A stretch of 64,000 nt of DNA from Chiloscyllium plagiosum (lineage: Eukaryota): the NCBI RefSeq assembly GCF_004010195.1, contig NC_057719.1:81831915-81895914 (forward strand), written 5' to 3'. The position numbers and the translations under genes are program-made. Below, one piece after another: positions 51,401 to 63,240 of the stretch. Below the pieces are notes generated by a model. The model was not told the origin of the DNA and searched no databases. It saw only the letters and a program-made list of their open reading frames with translations. How positions within the stretch are numbered: the first letter of the stretch is position 1; each line of letters opens with the position of its first letter.

Positions 51401-52130
51401 TTACGAGAAGCAAAACTTAAAGAAAATAGAATTTGCGAAGGCAAAGTTGACATTCTTGGGACATAACATTGGTCATGGAAGGTTGACCCAAGGAAAATGA
51501 AGACAAAGGTCATTGAGAAATTTCCACAACCAACCTCGAAGAAAGAGGTGCTTCGATTTTTGGGACTAACAAGATTCTACCTGAAGTTTGTTCCAAACTT
51601 CAGCAACGTGGTGGCACCACTAACAGAGTTACTAAAGGAGAACACAAAAATTTCAGTGGACAAAACAATGCCAGAAGGCATTTGAGAATTTAAAAGCTGT
51701 ATTAACCACCGCACCAGTTTTAGTTACACCATATTTTTTTGAAACCCTTCAAAGTTACAATCAATGCTAGCAATATAGGAGTTGGAGCTGCACTGGTACA
51801 AGAAGATGATGATGGAGTTGAATAGCCATTTGGCTACTTTTCAAAGAAACTCAATACCTACCAGAGAAAATACTCTACCATTGAACAGGAAGTATTGAGT
51901 TTGGTACTGGCTTGCAACATTTAAGTGTTTATGTGATGAACAATGTGTCAGAGACAGTTGTGTACACTGACCACAATCCTCTTACATTGTTGGAACAATT
52001 TCAAGACAAAAACATTAAACTATTTTGTTGGAGTCTTATGTTACAGGCTTTTAATTTACAAACTGTACATGTTGTGGGTCATAAAAAGTGATAGCAGATG
52101 TGTTATTGTGGATTTAAAGGAAAAGTATAG
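48465..52130 (+). mobile_element. Ty3/Gypsy Gmr1-like pol (PR end, IN, RT, RNase H), disrupted; 5' part lost in a gap
   Basis: LGNNFAG (PR end); IN H..H..CHTCHKC, VIDCVGP, RSDQQSNF, LERWNQT, FSGPYQI; RT KLDLQCGYWQI, MPFGMKNAPTTFQR, YLDDVVIF; RH NASNIGVGAAL, GYFSKKL, YTDHNPL. Confidence 0.93.
49900..50457 (-). mobile_element. Internally deleted family B PLE inserted in the Gypsy integrase C-terminus, 7-bp TSD
   Basis: PCQCRNCKTC..NIIYCIRCSRCSLLYIGQT; HHR-like motif at 49997-50030; GTATTGT at 49893-49899 and 50458-50464. Confidence 0.88.
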
Positions 52131-52293
52131 ATAAGATTGGACAGATTCCAATGTTTTATAACATATATATGTGTATGTGTGTGTGTGTGCAGAAATTAAT
52201 ATGAACATAGATAAATGTCCTATTTCAATGTAACGGGATTAAGAATTAGAAAAAAAAAGTTGTCTTTTCATTATCATGGTTCATTTTTCTCAT

Positions 52294-52304
52294 AAGGGGG
52301 GAGG
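52294..52304 (+). promoter_or_regulatory. Polypurine tract of the Gypsy element
   Basis: AAGGGGGGAGG immediately before TGTTAT. Confidence 0.85.
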
Positions 52305-53072
52305 TGTTATGAAGTTGAAGGCATGTACTGTACCTTTAAGAGAGAGAGTAAATGCTGTTCTGAACTGTGAGCTAGCACGCATCTGTGATATGACTAGATA
52401 GCAGTCTCAGAGTATACTGGAAAATTGAAAATATGTATCATTTGGCTGTGAAATGGATACCTGAGTTGGTTGCTGTTTTGACAACAATTCAACTTTAACC
52501 AATCAGTTTAAATTATGCCCCAAGATACTAAAACCCAATTTAGTTTGAATTTATTGTTTTGCCAACATCGAACCAATGAGACAATCCGATGTTGGGGATA
52601 TAAAAATGCAGGCATTTTCAAAACTGGAGACAGAGAAACTGCCATCAACACAGATCCAAGAAATTAGGAAACACTCTCTATCAAAGGTACTTGTTCATAT
52701 GAATCACATTCGCAGTAAACGAGAAAGGTGACCCAGGGAGATCTTCAGCCGGAAGCCAGACATTGAAGATGACAGTCACTGTATGCTCTTGAAATTAAGT
52801 TGATGTAATTTTAATAAGTGTCTTACTGGAACAGTATATTGTTACAGAATTGGAGGCAGTAATAAGCAGTTAAGAGAAAGAGGGGGCTTAAGTTGTGAAT
52901 AGTTGTTGCTTAATGTTCACTTTTAGAATTAAAAATAAATTGATGTTATTTTCTTTAAATAGTGGAATTTGGGAACTCTCTGTCACTCATATTTTAACAG
53001 ATTACGAAGTAAGCTGAGCTTTACTGGGTGTTTGGGTTAATTAACAGATGAGTTCACCGCTGTGTTGTAACA
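52305..53072 (+). mobile_element. 3' LTR of the Gmr1-like element (768 bp)
   Basis: TGTTAT...GTAACA termini, follows the PPT; CCAAT boxes and TATAAAA near 52500-52605; abuts CR1 sequence. Confidence 0.85.
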
Positions 53073-53570
53073 CTCGGAAAGTTCATACCACCCACAAACC
53101 ATTCTCAGTGTAAAACATTGCCCCTCATGTCTTTTTAAAACCTTTTTCTGCTCACCTTAAGAATATGCCCCCTTGTCTTGAAATATCCCTCGCTAGGGAG
53201 AACACAATGGTCACTCACCTTATATATACCCCTCATGATTTTATAAACCTCTATGAGGTCACCTCTCAACCTTGTACACACTAGTGAAAAAAGTCACACT
53301 CTATCCAGCCTCTCCTTATAACACAAACACTCCATTCATGGCAATAACCTAGTAAATCTCTTCTGAACCCTCTCCAGCTAAATAATATCCTTCCTATGAC
53401 GGGGGACCGGAACTGGACACAAGAGACCTACCAGCATCCTTTACAAACTCAACATGACATCCCAATGGTCTGAGCAATGAAGGCAAGTGTGCTCAAATGC
53501 CTTCTTAAACAACCTGTCTACCTGTGACACAAATGTCAAATAATTATCTACCTGAATTCCTAGTTGCTCA
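53073..53570 (-). mobile_element. CR1 3' fragment truncated by the LTR insertion
   Basis: Homologous to 31630-31900, starting mid-element at CTCGGAAAGTTCAT. Confidence 0.8.
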
Positions 53571-53579
53571 CAGCTGAGG

Positions 53580-54090
53580 GGTCAAAGAGGGTGAATGGAA
53601 TGGGAGAGAAATGGGAATAGGCGGTGGCAAGAGATGAGTGAGAGGAATGCAGGAGAAGATAGAACAATGAGGATGAGGGAATGAGAGGGACAATATGAGT
53701 GGACAATGAATGAGAGGGTAATGAATGAGAGGGGTAAAAGAGAAGGACAATAGACAGAAGAGAAAAGAGGAGATGGGAAGAATGAGAATGAGGCAACAGA
53801 GAGAGAAAGGAAAAAGGTATGAGAGGATCATAAGGAGAGATCGTGGAGAGAGAAGAAAGCAAAAGAGGAGAATGAGAAGGGGCCAAGAGGGAGAAAATAA
53901 AGGAGAGGGGTGTGAGGAATAAGACTGAACAGGAGTTAAGGACAAAGGGGTGAGATAGGGAAATCTAAAAGAGAAGGAAGAGAGAACAAAGATAACTAGG
54001 GAGGGTGTAAGAGGGAGAGGCAAGAGGCCAAGAGGGAGGGGCTGAGAAGGAAGGGGGCAAAAGAGACTTGTAAAAGAATACAAAGAAAAA
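53580..54090 (+). repeat. Purine-rich (GA) low-complexity tract
   Basis: About 500 bp dominated by A and G on the plus strand. Confidence 0.85.
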
Positions 54091-55159
54091 GATGCTTCAG
54101 CACCTACTCACTGTGGGTGTACTGGCCCCCAACAAATCACAGTGACAGTGCCATCAAGCAGCAGAAATGGGGGCTGTGGTTGCACCATTCCATCACGTCC
54201 AACATAAACTGCTACAGAAACAAAGTGCTCCCTACAGCAATCAGTGCAGCTAGACAAAAGGCAAGCCATTCTTTTGCATGGCTGCTGCTTCATATGCACT
54301 CTATGGTTTGTCAACACGTAACGATGTTCATGTGTACATTGGCAATCAATAACCCACTTCAGAAAATGGCTTCCCTTGTTCAAATTGTTTGACACAATGC
54401 CAGAATAAATATTCCGGCAGAGCATTTCAAAAATATTGGAAAGAAAGATTATTTACTCAACTAAATTGCTTCTTCCACAGCAAATAGAGGTAAATCATCT
54501 CTGTCTGCGCCCACTCTCCACTTGTTTGCTTGGGATATTGAAAATCTAATCTAATTTATATCTCCAAAGCCCGGTCTGTTCTTTTGGAAACATTCCACTC
54601 TGCCTGCCGTGAAAACTGCAATTAAAAAGCATTTGGCAAAACTTTCTCTCCCGAGAATGCTCTACTTGTTCAGGTGCATGCGCAAAAATAATTCACAGAC
54701 TGGAGACATTCCACTACAAAACCTATGCTCTTTCCCCATGTTTGGCATTGACAAGCCATCCACTAGCTCCCCAATGTTGAAATTCTCTCCGTGGCATTGC
54801 TCCTCCCTATCACTATCACCACCTCCAGCCTTTCACCTCAGTGTATCTCAAACCTTGACCTTCTGAGTGCCCACAATTCTACTCCATTACTGGTGGCCAG
54901 GCCTTCTGTTGTCTCATAGACACTAAGTTCAGGAGTTCCGTCATACATTTTGCTGCCTCTCTCTCCTCCTGTAAGATGGTGTTTATGAAGCGATCTGTTC
55001 GAGCAAGCCTCTGACCTACCATGTCCTTCTCTGTCAAAGTACAAAAGTTTGTTTGTAAACACCCCTGCAAAGCAGTATTGGATGCTTTACTCTGCAAAAG
55101 GCACAATAAAAATGCAAACGAGTGTTTTTCTCTTCTCATTATCTTTCACTCCCACCCAA

Positions 55160-57400
55160 CGTTTATTTATTCATTCATGAGATGTGGGCATCGCTGACTA
55201 GGCCAACATTTATTGCCCATCCATAATCGCCATGGAGATGGTGGGCTATTTTCCTGTACTGCTGCAGTCCTTGAGATGTACAGATGCCTACAGTGCTGTT
55301 AAGTAGGGAGTTCCAGTATTTTGAGTTGGCAACAGTGAAGGGTCGACAATGTAGTTCAAATTCAGGATGATATGTGACTTGGAGGGGAGCTTTCTGGTGG
55401 TGTTCCTATACAACTGTTGATCTGCTATTGTAGTCACAGCATTTATACAGATGGCCCAGTTCAGTTTCTGATCAATGGTAACCCCCCCAGTCAGGGATTC
55501 AGCAATGGAAATATCATTGAAAATCATGGGGCATGGATTGATTTTCTGTTGAAATGTTCATTGCCTGGCATTTGTGTGATGTGAATGTTGCTTGCCACTT
55601 ATCAGCCCCAACCTGGATATTGTCCAGGCCTTGCATTTGGATACAGACTAAGTGCTAAACATTATGCAGTCAATGAACCTCCACACAGCTGACCTCATGA
55701 TGGAGGGAAGGTCATTGATGAAGCAGATGACGATGGTTGGGCTGAGGACACTAACCTGAGGAACTCCTGCAGAGATGTCCTGCACACAGCCATCTTCTTT
55801 TGTGCTAAGATTGACTCCAAACTGCAGAGAGCTTTACCCTGATTCCTATTTATTCCACTTGTGCTCAGGCTCCTTGATGGCACACTCAGTCACATGCTAC
55901 ATTGATGTCAAATACAGTTTCACCTCCCCTCACCACTGGAATTCCATTTTTTGGTCTATTTATGGATCAAGGCTGTAATGAAGTCGGAAACTGAGTGGCT
56001 CTGGTGGAACACAAACTGAGCGCCACTCAGCATCATTTTATTCATGATCGAGAATAAACTGACAGGGTGGGAATTGGGAGAAAGTGAGGACTGCAGACGC
56101 TGTCAAAATGTGTGGCGCTGGAAAAGCACAGCAGGTCAGGCAGCATCCTGACAGGTCAGGGAGGACAGGTGACTTTTCAGGCATAAGCCCTTCATCAGGA
56201 ATCAGGTAGTAATTGACCATGTTGATTTGCCCTGCTTTTTATGGCCAGGACATAGCTGGATAACTTTCCACATTGTTGAGAAGATTTCAATGTTGTAGTT
56301 GTGTTGGAACAGCTTGGAGAGTGAGATGTTGTAAAGTAGTAGATGGAGTGCCAATCTCATTGGGTGGATGGTGTTGAGCTTCTCAAATGTTGTAGGAGCT
56401 ACACACAAATCAAGAGCATTCCATCACACTTCAGACTTGTGCCATGTAGATATTGGTGAGACTTCGAGTGGTCTGGCAATGAGCTATTCAGGGAATAAGG
56501 AGCTTCCATCCCGCACTTGTAGCAACATTACTCAGGCCAGAAGAAGTCATTGATCGGAATTGTATCCTTTGTTTCTCGCACCACAAATGATTCCTGATCT
56601 GCTGAGATTTCCAGTGTTTTCTGTTTTTATGTACGAGGCTGGTTTAATTAAGCTTCTGCTACCGAAAGCAACCGGTGAAAGATAGAATGGGAGCCAATGA
56701 GTACACACTTTTGCGTTTATTTAGAGTTGCACTTTACAAGTATACCACAACAAGCAAAGATTTAGTCTGTGTCTATTTAAGATGAATGCTCAGTTAACAT
56801 CCACCACATTCATACCACTGAACACAATTAATAAATAGCAAATGCCAACTCCACTTCTCCCACTGTCTCTCATCCATTCCCTCTGCTCCCTTGAAGATCG
56901 TTGATAGTGACAAGTTCAGTAGCAGTAATGTCTAATGTAGATAGTTACATTTCCCCCTTGTTTGAGATGGTAAATTTCTGGTGATCGTATGGAACTTATT
57001 GTTACTCGCCACTTATCCTAACCAGCCTGAACATTGTCCAAATCTTACCGCAAGAGGGAACTGGCTGTTTCATTATCTGAGGAGTTAGAACTGGAATTAA
57101 ATACTGTGCACTCAATGAACAGCCTCACTTCTGATGGACGGAGATCATTGATGAAAGCTAAAGGTGGTAGAACTCCGATCACTGCCCAGAGGAAGTCCTA
57201 CAGAAGTATCCTCTGACTGAGATCACTGACAGCCACCTAACACACCACCTTAGTGTTAGGCATTATTCCAGAGTGGATTTCTCTCTCACTCGCAATGACT
57301 TCAATTTCACTTGGAATCCTTGATGGCACATTTACTAAAATACTGTCTTACTGTCAAGGAATGTCACTGTCATCTCACCTCTGCAATTCTTAGTCCATTT
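55160..57400 (-). mobile_element. Fragmented second-lineage CR1-superfamily LINE with a family B PLE tail at ~56076-56203
   Basis: 3' tail at 55160; GVTIDQKLNW; AGVPQ..LS; LSKLFQ..MWKVIQLCP.HKKQ. Confidence 0.7.
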
Positions 57401-57424
57401 TAGGACCGGAGTAAAAGGTCAACA

Positions 57425-57685
57425 TTCCCTATAACCCTGCATTTCCCATGGCTAATCCACCTAGTTTGCACATCTCTAAACACTATGGGCAATTTAGCAT
57501 GGCCAATCCACCTAACCTGCATATCTTTGGACTGCGGGAGGAAATCAGAGCAGCTGGAGGAAATCTACGCAGACACAGGAGAATGTGCAAACTTCACACA
57601 GACGGTCATCCAAGGATGGAATCGAACACAGGTCCCTGGCACTTTGAGGCAGCAGTGCTAACTACTGAGCCACCACTCCACCCAC
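57425..57685 (-). mobile_element. HE1-type SINE variant with an internal duplication
   Basis: Reverse-complement SINE head GCAGCAGTGCTAACTACTGAGCCACC; duplicated CATGGC.AATCCACCTA. Confidence 0.8.
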
Positions 57686-59857
57686 GTTATGGAGCACAGG
57701 TCTTCAGCAGTGCAGTGAGGATGCTGTCAGGACCCGTTGACCTTTGCTGTAACTCATCAGCTCAGTCAATTCTTGGTATCACAGGCAATGAGCAGAATTG
57801 CCTGAAGACTGGGGAACCACAGCACGAGATTGAGATGAATCACTCCGTTCTAACTGGAGTGGTTGCAAATACTTCAGTCTTGTCTTCTCTAATCATTGCG
57901 TTAACTGATAGTCTCTGTCGAGTTTAAACATATTAAATGGGACAGGTAGCTGTGCAAGTGAAAATTCAACACCTTTGTAAGAAGAATAACAAAGTTGAGA
58001 AGAAGCAGTGACTCTTCCATCCACTGCTACAGATCTAAGCTTCATGTCAAGTGCACAATGAGTCTTTGTCATGTTATAGAACATCGTAATGGTTGAACAA
58101 CAGAAGAAGGCATTGGAGGGTTAAAGATGACGCAGTAACCATTCATCCATTTCAATTTCGTTGTCCATTGAACAGGAAAAGCACTCAATAAATCTAAATT
58201 ATATGCTGCAAGGAAACAACTGATTAAACATGGCTGTAATTGCTTCTAAATAATCTGATATATGTTGGATTTTAAAGGGAGTCTGGCTCCGTTTAATTAG
58301 ACAGAACTGGCTCATGAGGCAGCAATGAGTAGTTATCAAGGAATTAGTCTCTCTCCTTAGAGGCAACCACAGAGCTCAGTCAATGGAATCTCTAAAATGG
58401 CTGGGGTAAAAATGCACAGATATGCTTAAGAATGGCTTTCTTACATTCAAACAAAAACAGTAATTAAAAGCTCTCAAATCAGACTTAGACTGAGGCTCAG
58501 TAGACTGAGGCTCAGGAGACATATGAGACAAATAAAATTTCCCATTTCTCCCCTGTCCACAGCCAGCATCTCTCCAGTGGCTTTTGAACAACTGGCAGTT
58601 TGGTACAAGCTCATACTAATCATTGTGATCATCATTGCTCACTGCAAAGCCTGATGGGTAGGCTGTCATGGGTGAGGTCAGGTGACGTGGCCAAGCACGC
58701 AGAGCTGTCTTTTACAGATGATGACGGATACTGCTCTGAGCATTTTTCAATGTCAGTGTGTTGGATATAAAATTCCTGCAATGTGTGCCCAGACCCTTTG
58801 GGAGACTTTGTGGCATCACATTCATAATGAAATATAAATTGCAAGAAAAAAGTGAACCCTTCAAACTCCAATCCCATTAAATGGGCAGGGTGAAGTCCCG
58901 AAGATGCTGGAAATGTGAAACAAAATAGAATGTGTAGAGAAAATACATTCGATAAGATAACATTATTGGGCCAGAGCAGAAGGTAGGGTTTGGGCATGTG
59001 CAAGGGCAGGTAGAATTGACTTTTCAAGTGTGAACCCACCAACTCAACAATTCATTGCATTTATATAGCGCCTTTAAGATAAGAAAACATTTCGAGGTGC
59101 CTCAAAGGTGTATGAAAGTTTGACTCCAGACCACATGTAGCTGACCAAATGGTTGGTCTCCAGTCCAGAGATTGCCCCCCAGTTAAGAGCATAAGGTGTT
59201 GGAGGTGATATTAGAGGAGCTCACAGATCTCTGAGGCTTGCGGGGGCTGAAGGAGGTTAAAAGAGGAAGGTCAGAGAGGGAGTTGAAATAAAGGATGAGA
59301 ATTTCAAAATCAAGTTGTTGCCAGAATGGGAGTAAATGTAGATTACTCAGCAAAAGGGGATGGAGGATTGGCTGATTTCTAAAATGTTCTCAAACCTCTC
59401 ACGTTCATAGCATTCACCTTTTCTTTCAGTTTGATACCAACCTTAATTTCATTGGTTAGCCATGGATAGATCATCCTTCTCAGGGAGGTTTACTTTCCCA
59501 ATAGAAACAGTTTTGTGGAGAAGTCTGAAATATCATTTTGGTGTCTTGTCCTAATTTCTCTTTATGTCACTTGATGACATATTTTGTCTAATAACATTGC
59601 CCTGTAAAGCACCTTGGAAAATATTTACCAAGTTAAAGGTTCTACAAATGATGCAAGTCATTCTCATGGTGAACTATGTCCATTACTCCATTCATAACAC
59701 ATGAGGAGATAGTCTATGTCCAGACTGTCTAGTTTTAGCAAGACAGAACCACGACAAAACTTGACTCTTAAAGACAGTGATATGTCTTCAAATACCTCAG
59801 CAAAGCAGGAGAATTTTGAAGCAAACTTTGAAGCAAATGGTGTACATGTTACACTTA

Positions 59858-60410
59858 TAGGCAAAAGTGGGTACTGCAGGTTAGATTAGATTACTTACAG
59901 TGTGGAAACAGGCCCTTCGGCCCAACAAGTCCACACCGACCCGCCGAAGCGCAACCCACCCATACCCCTACATCTACCCCTTACCTAACACTACTGGCAA
60001 TTCACCTGACCTGCACATCTTTGGACTGTGGGAGGAAACCGGAGCGCCCGGAGGAAACCCACGCAGACACGGGGAGAATGTGCAAACTCCACACAGTCAG
60101 TCGCCTGAGGCGGGAATTGAACCTGGGTCTCTGGCGCTGTGAGGCAGCAGTGCTAACCACTGTGCCACCGTGCCGCCCAGGTGCTGGAGATTAGAGTCAA
60201 GATTAGAGTGGTGCTGGAAAAGCACAGCAGGTCAGGCAGCATCCAAGGAGCAGGAAAATCGACGTTTCGGGTAAAAGCTCTTCATCAGGAATGAATGGTA
60301 TGCCTGATATTTCTGACATTCCAGACGAAGGCCTTTTGCCCGAAACATCGATTTTCCTGCGCCTCGAATGCTGCCTGACCTGCTGTGCTTTTCCAGCACT
60401 AGTCTAATCT
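59858..60410. mobile_element. Palindromic family B PLE mini-insertion with 11-bp TSD, containing a young SINE
   Basis: TSD TGTTACACTTA at 59847-59857 and 60411-60421; inverted arms ~60200-60292 and ~60317-60410. Confidence 0.88.
59881..60178 (-). mobile_element. Young HE1-type SINE
   Basis: CpG-rich reverse complement of 32291-32594; short CAGG flanks. Confidence 0.9.
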
Positions 60411-60854
60411 TGTTACACTTACAGCAAATCATGTCAATTAACAGGTAACCTCTGTTTTTACCCCAGTGACAGCAATCATTCAAAAGAATGCAGGCTATTT
60501 CCAAATAGGCAAGTTGGTTCTGTTTATTTCTTGATCATAAATTGAGATCACATCAACTGAGAAAAGGGTGAAGTTTAATTTAGAGAACAACCTAATATAG
60601 TTGAGTATTTCAGAATTAATGAAGAAGAAAATCATTTAAAGCACCTCCCAGCAATGCAGGAAGCCATTCGTCCCATGGTGACTGTGCCAGCTCATTGAAG
60701 CAGCTCCAACTAATCCCACTCCTCGGCCCTTTCTTCGTGATCATGCAAACTTTGCCTTTTCAAGTACATCTCCCTTTCAAAAGTTGCTATTGAAACTGCT
60801 TCTGCCATCCATTCAGGCAGTAGCTATCAGATCAGAATAACTCATTGCATTAAA

Positions 60855-61049
60855 TCAAAAATCACACAACACCAGGTTATAGTCCAACAGGTTTAATTGG
60901 AAGCACTAGCTTTCGGAGCGATGCTCCTTCATCAGGTGAAGGAGCGTCGCTCTGAAAGCTAGTGTTTCCAATTAAACCTGTTGGACTATAACCTGGTGTT
61001 GTGTGATTTTTAACTTTGTACATCCCAGTCCAACACTGGCATCTCTGAA
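60855..61049. mobile_element. Palindromic family A PLE mini-insertion, 13-bp TSD
   Basis: TCATTGCATTAAA at 60842-60854 and 61050-61062; ~80-bp inverted arms. Confidence 0.9.
60904..60938 (-). ncRNA. Family A hammerhead motif, intact core
   Basis: Minus strand CAC-CTGATGA-A-GGAGC-ATC-GCTCC-GAAA-GCTA-GTG. Confidence 0.78.
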
Positions 61050-61522
61050 TCATTGCATTAAAATCACTTCTCATTTCCCTTATGTCAAATAACTTCAGAC
61101 CTGCGTTGTCTGTTTACTGACCCTTCCGACACACACAATTTATCCTTATTTAATCTATCAGGGCTCACCATGATTTTGAACACCCATTAGCCTTCTCTAC
61201 CCACTGAAGAACAATATTGCTCCTCCACCTTATCAAACAGATGCTTTTGATCCTGAAACGATTCTGGTCAATCGTTTCAGCTCCCTTCCCAAGACCTTGT
61301 TATCTGTCCTAAAGTGTGGTGCCATGCATTGGACACAAAACTCCAGCTGAGATCCAGTAGGTTGTACTCATACTCTCTGCTATTTCCCATAAAGCCAAAG
61401 ATCCTGTGTACAATTTTGAATCGCATTATCAATTGTCCTGAGGAAGATACATTTCTTATCATTCCTTCTGTGTGAAATGTCCTCAGTATTTTCCCCTTGA
61501 GGCTCAATTTTGCACATTATTT

Positions 61523-61655
61523 CCTCTGATGAAAGGCTTTTGCCCGAAACGTCAATTTTCCTGCTCCTCTGACGCTGCCTGACCTGCTGTGCTTTTCCAG
61601 CACCACTCTAATCTTGACTCTGATCTCCAGCATCTGCAGTACCCACTTCTGCCCA
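61523..61655 (+). mobile_element. Family B PLE HHR plus tail (single arm)
   Basis: CTGATGAAAGGCTTTTGCCCGAAACGTC followed by the full tail. Confidence 0.85.
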
Positions 61656-61965
61656 GCTATGGTCTGACCAGTGCCTTGTACAGTTTTAGCAAACCTTTCT
61701 ATGTTTACACTCCATTCTCTGAGAAATGAAGGGCCAAAACTCCATTTGCCTTCTGTATTACCGGAGGATAGCTTTTTCGAGATTTATGCATGACAATTCC
61801 CAAATGTCTCTGTTCTACAGCTTTCTGCAGGCTTTCTCCATTTAAGTAATATACAGTCCCTCTCTTCTTCCTGGCAAAGTGTATAACCTCACACCATATT
61901 CCATCTGCCAAGTTTTTGTCCACTGACGTAACCTGATTATATGTCTCTGTAAATTCCTCGTCATT
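61656..61965 (-). mobile_element. CR1 RT fragment
   Basis: CEVIHFARK..YYLNGESLQ..QRHLGI. Confidence 0.8.
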
Positions 61966-62469
61966 AATCGGATGCCCCAATAGGATGGACAACACTGGCC
62001 AGACCTATTCTGGAAGATGTCATCAGATGACCTCCCGCCTTTAACCATCACCCTTCCCCAGCCCCTCATCCATCCCCCTCCCTCAGCCATCTGCCATTAG
62101 CTGCAGCATATATCTATCATCATGGAGCCCTGGCTGCTTGTCCTTGTTTTGACTTTGAAGCATCTGGTCACCCTCACTCAAGACTAGGCACAGTGACCAG
62201 TATTATTATCTCTAGGTCAGAAGCTCTGGCTTCAAGGCCCACCTCAGTGTCTGATAACTGTAGATGGTGCATCGTAACGCAGCTAAGAAGGAGGTTTCTC
62301 AATCTTTAACCCTTTTCAGTAGGCGTAAGGCAGACTTAGGAGGAGGAGAGTTTCCTGACCAACCAGAACTCACTTACCAGCTTCAAGGATCCCCACTCAA
62401 AGATTCGAAGCAGGTCAGGCTCTTGCCCCAGGCACATGTCATTCATCTTCCAACGCTGGAAAAAATAAC

Positions 62470-63240
62470 CAAAAAAAAAGCAAATCAGATGTTCAGGCAG
62501 AAGCACACATCAAAACAGAGTTAGTATTTCAGGCTGATGGCCTTTCATTAGAACTAAAGATAGATAGGAATAAAACAATCTTTAAGGCAGTGAAAGAGGG
62601 GAGGATGCAAAGTAAAGACTGTGATGGGATTGAGGGTAGGTAAGATTAAATTTTTTGATGCAAAAGCAGAGTGGTGATTGGTACAGTGAGGAGTCAAGGG
62701 ATACATCCTGATGAAGGATAAATTACATCCTTAAGGAATATAAAAGAAAACAAGATAAGGCCAATCAAGCAACACTAAACACACAGAACAGGATGGCGGC
62801 AGAGATTATGATTGGAATTTACTGAACACAGTGTTGAGACCGGACAGTTGTAGGGGTCGCTATTGCTGGGATACTGAGGCACGCCGAGGATTGAGAGTTC
62901 AGATTGGGACCCAGGTGCAATGTTCAAGTGACAGGAATGTCAGGGTCGTGTTTGTGGGCTGAGTGGAGGTGCTACATAAAGTAATCACTGAGTGTGTGTT
63001 TGATTACACCCCCCCCCCCCAACTGTAGAGGAGACCCCATAGTGAGCAGTGGCGACAAGAGACTGCATTGAAAGGCCAGAAGTAGCTCATTGCTTTACCT
63101 GGGAGGAGTATTAGTGGAAAGGCAATCCCTGCTCTTGTGCCTTAGAAAAGGGAGAAGAGTCATTTGAAGGAGGGGACATATAAGGGAGAAACTGAAAAAT
63201 AAACCAGGGTATCGTGGAGGGAATGGTCCTTTTGGATTGT
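62470..63240 (-). mobile_element. Very old PLE remnant (GIY-YIG and 3' region)
   Basis: Minus-strand CSLWGLLYSWG at ~63010-63050 resembles CSRCGLLYIG; degenerate HHR-like TATTTCAGGCTGATGGCCTTTCATTAGAA at ~62525-62553. Confidence 0.55.

Noticed and set aside
48465..52130. Ty1/copia element or endogenous retrovirus
   Set aside because: The RT motifs (MPFGMKNAP, YLDD) are Gypsy-type, and there is no env between RNase H and the PPT
53560..54083. Ser/Leu/Pro-rich and Arg/Glu-rich ORFs
   Set aside because: They are translations of a low-complexity purine tract
54879..55139. Possible minus-strand exon with an acceptor-like TTTTGCAG
   Set aside because: The downstream part looks like an old L2/SINE tail and the peptide is not recognisable
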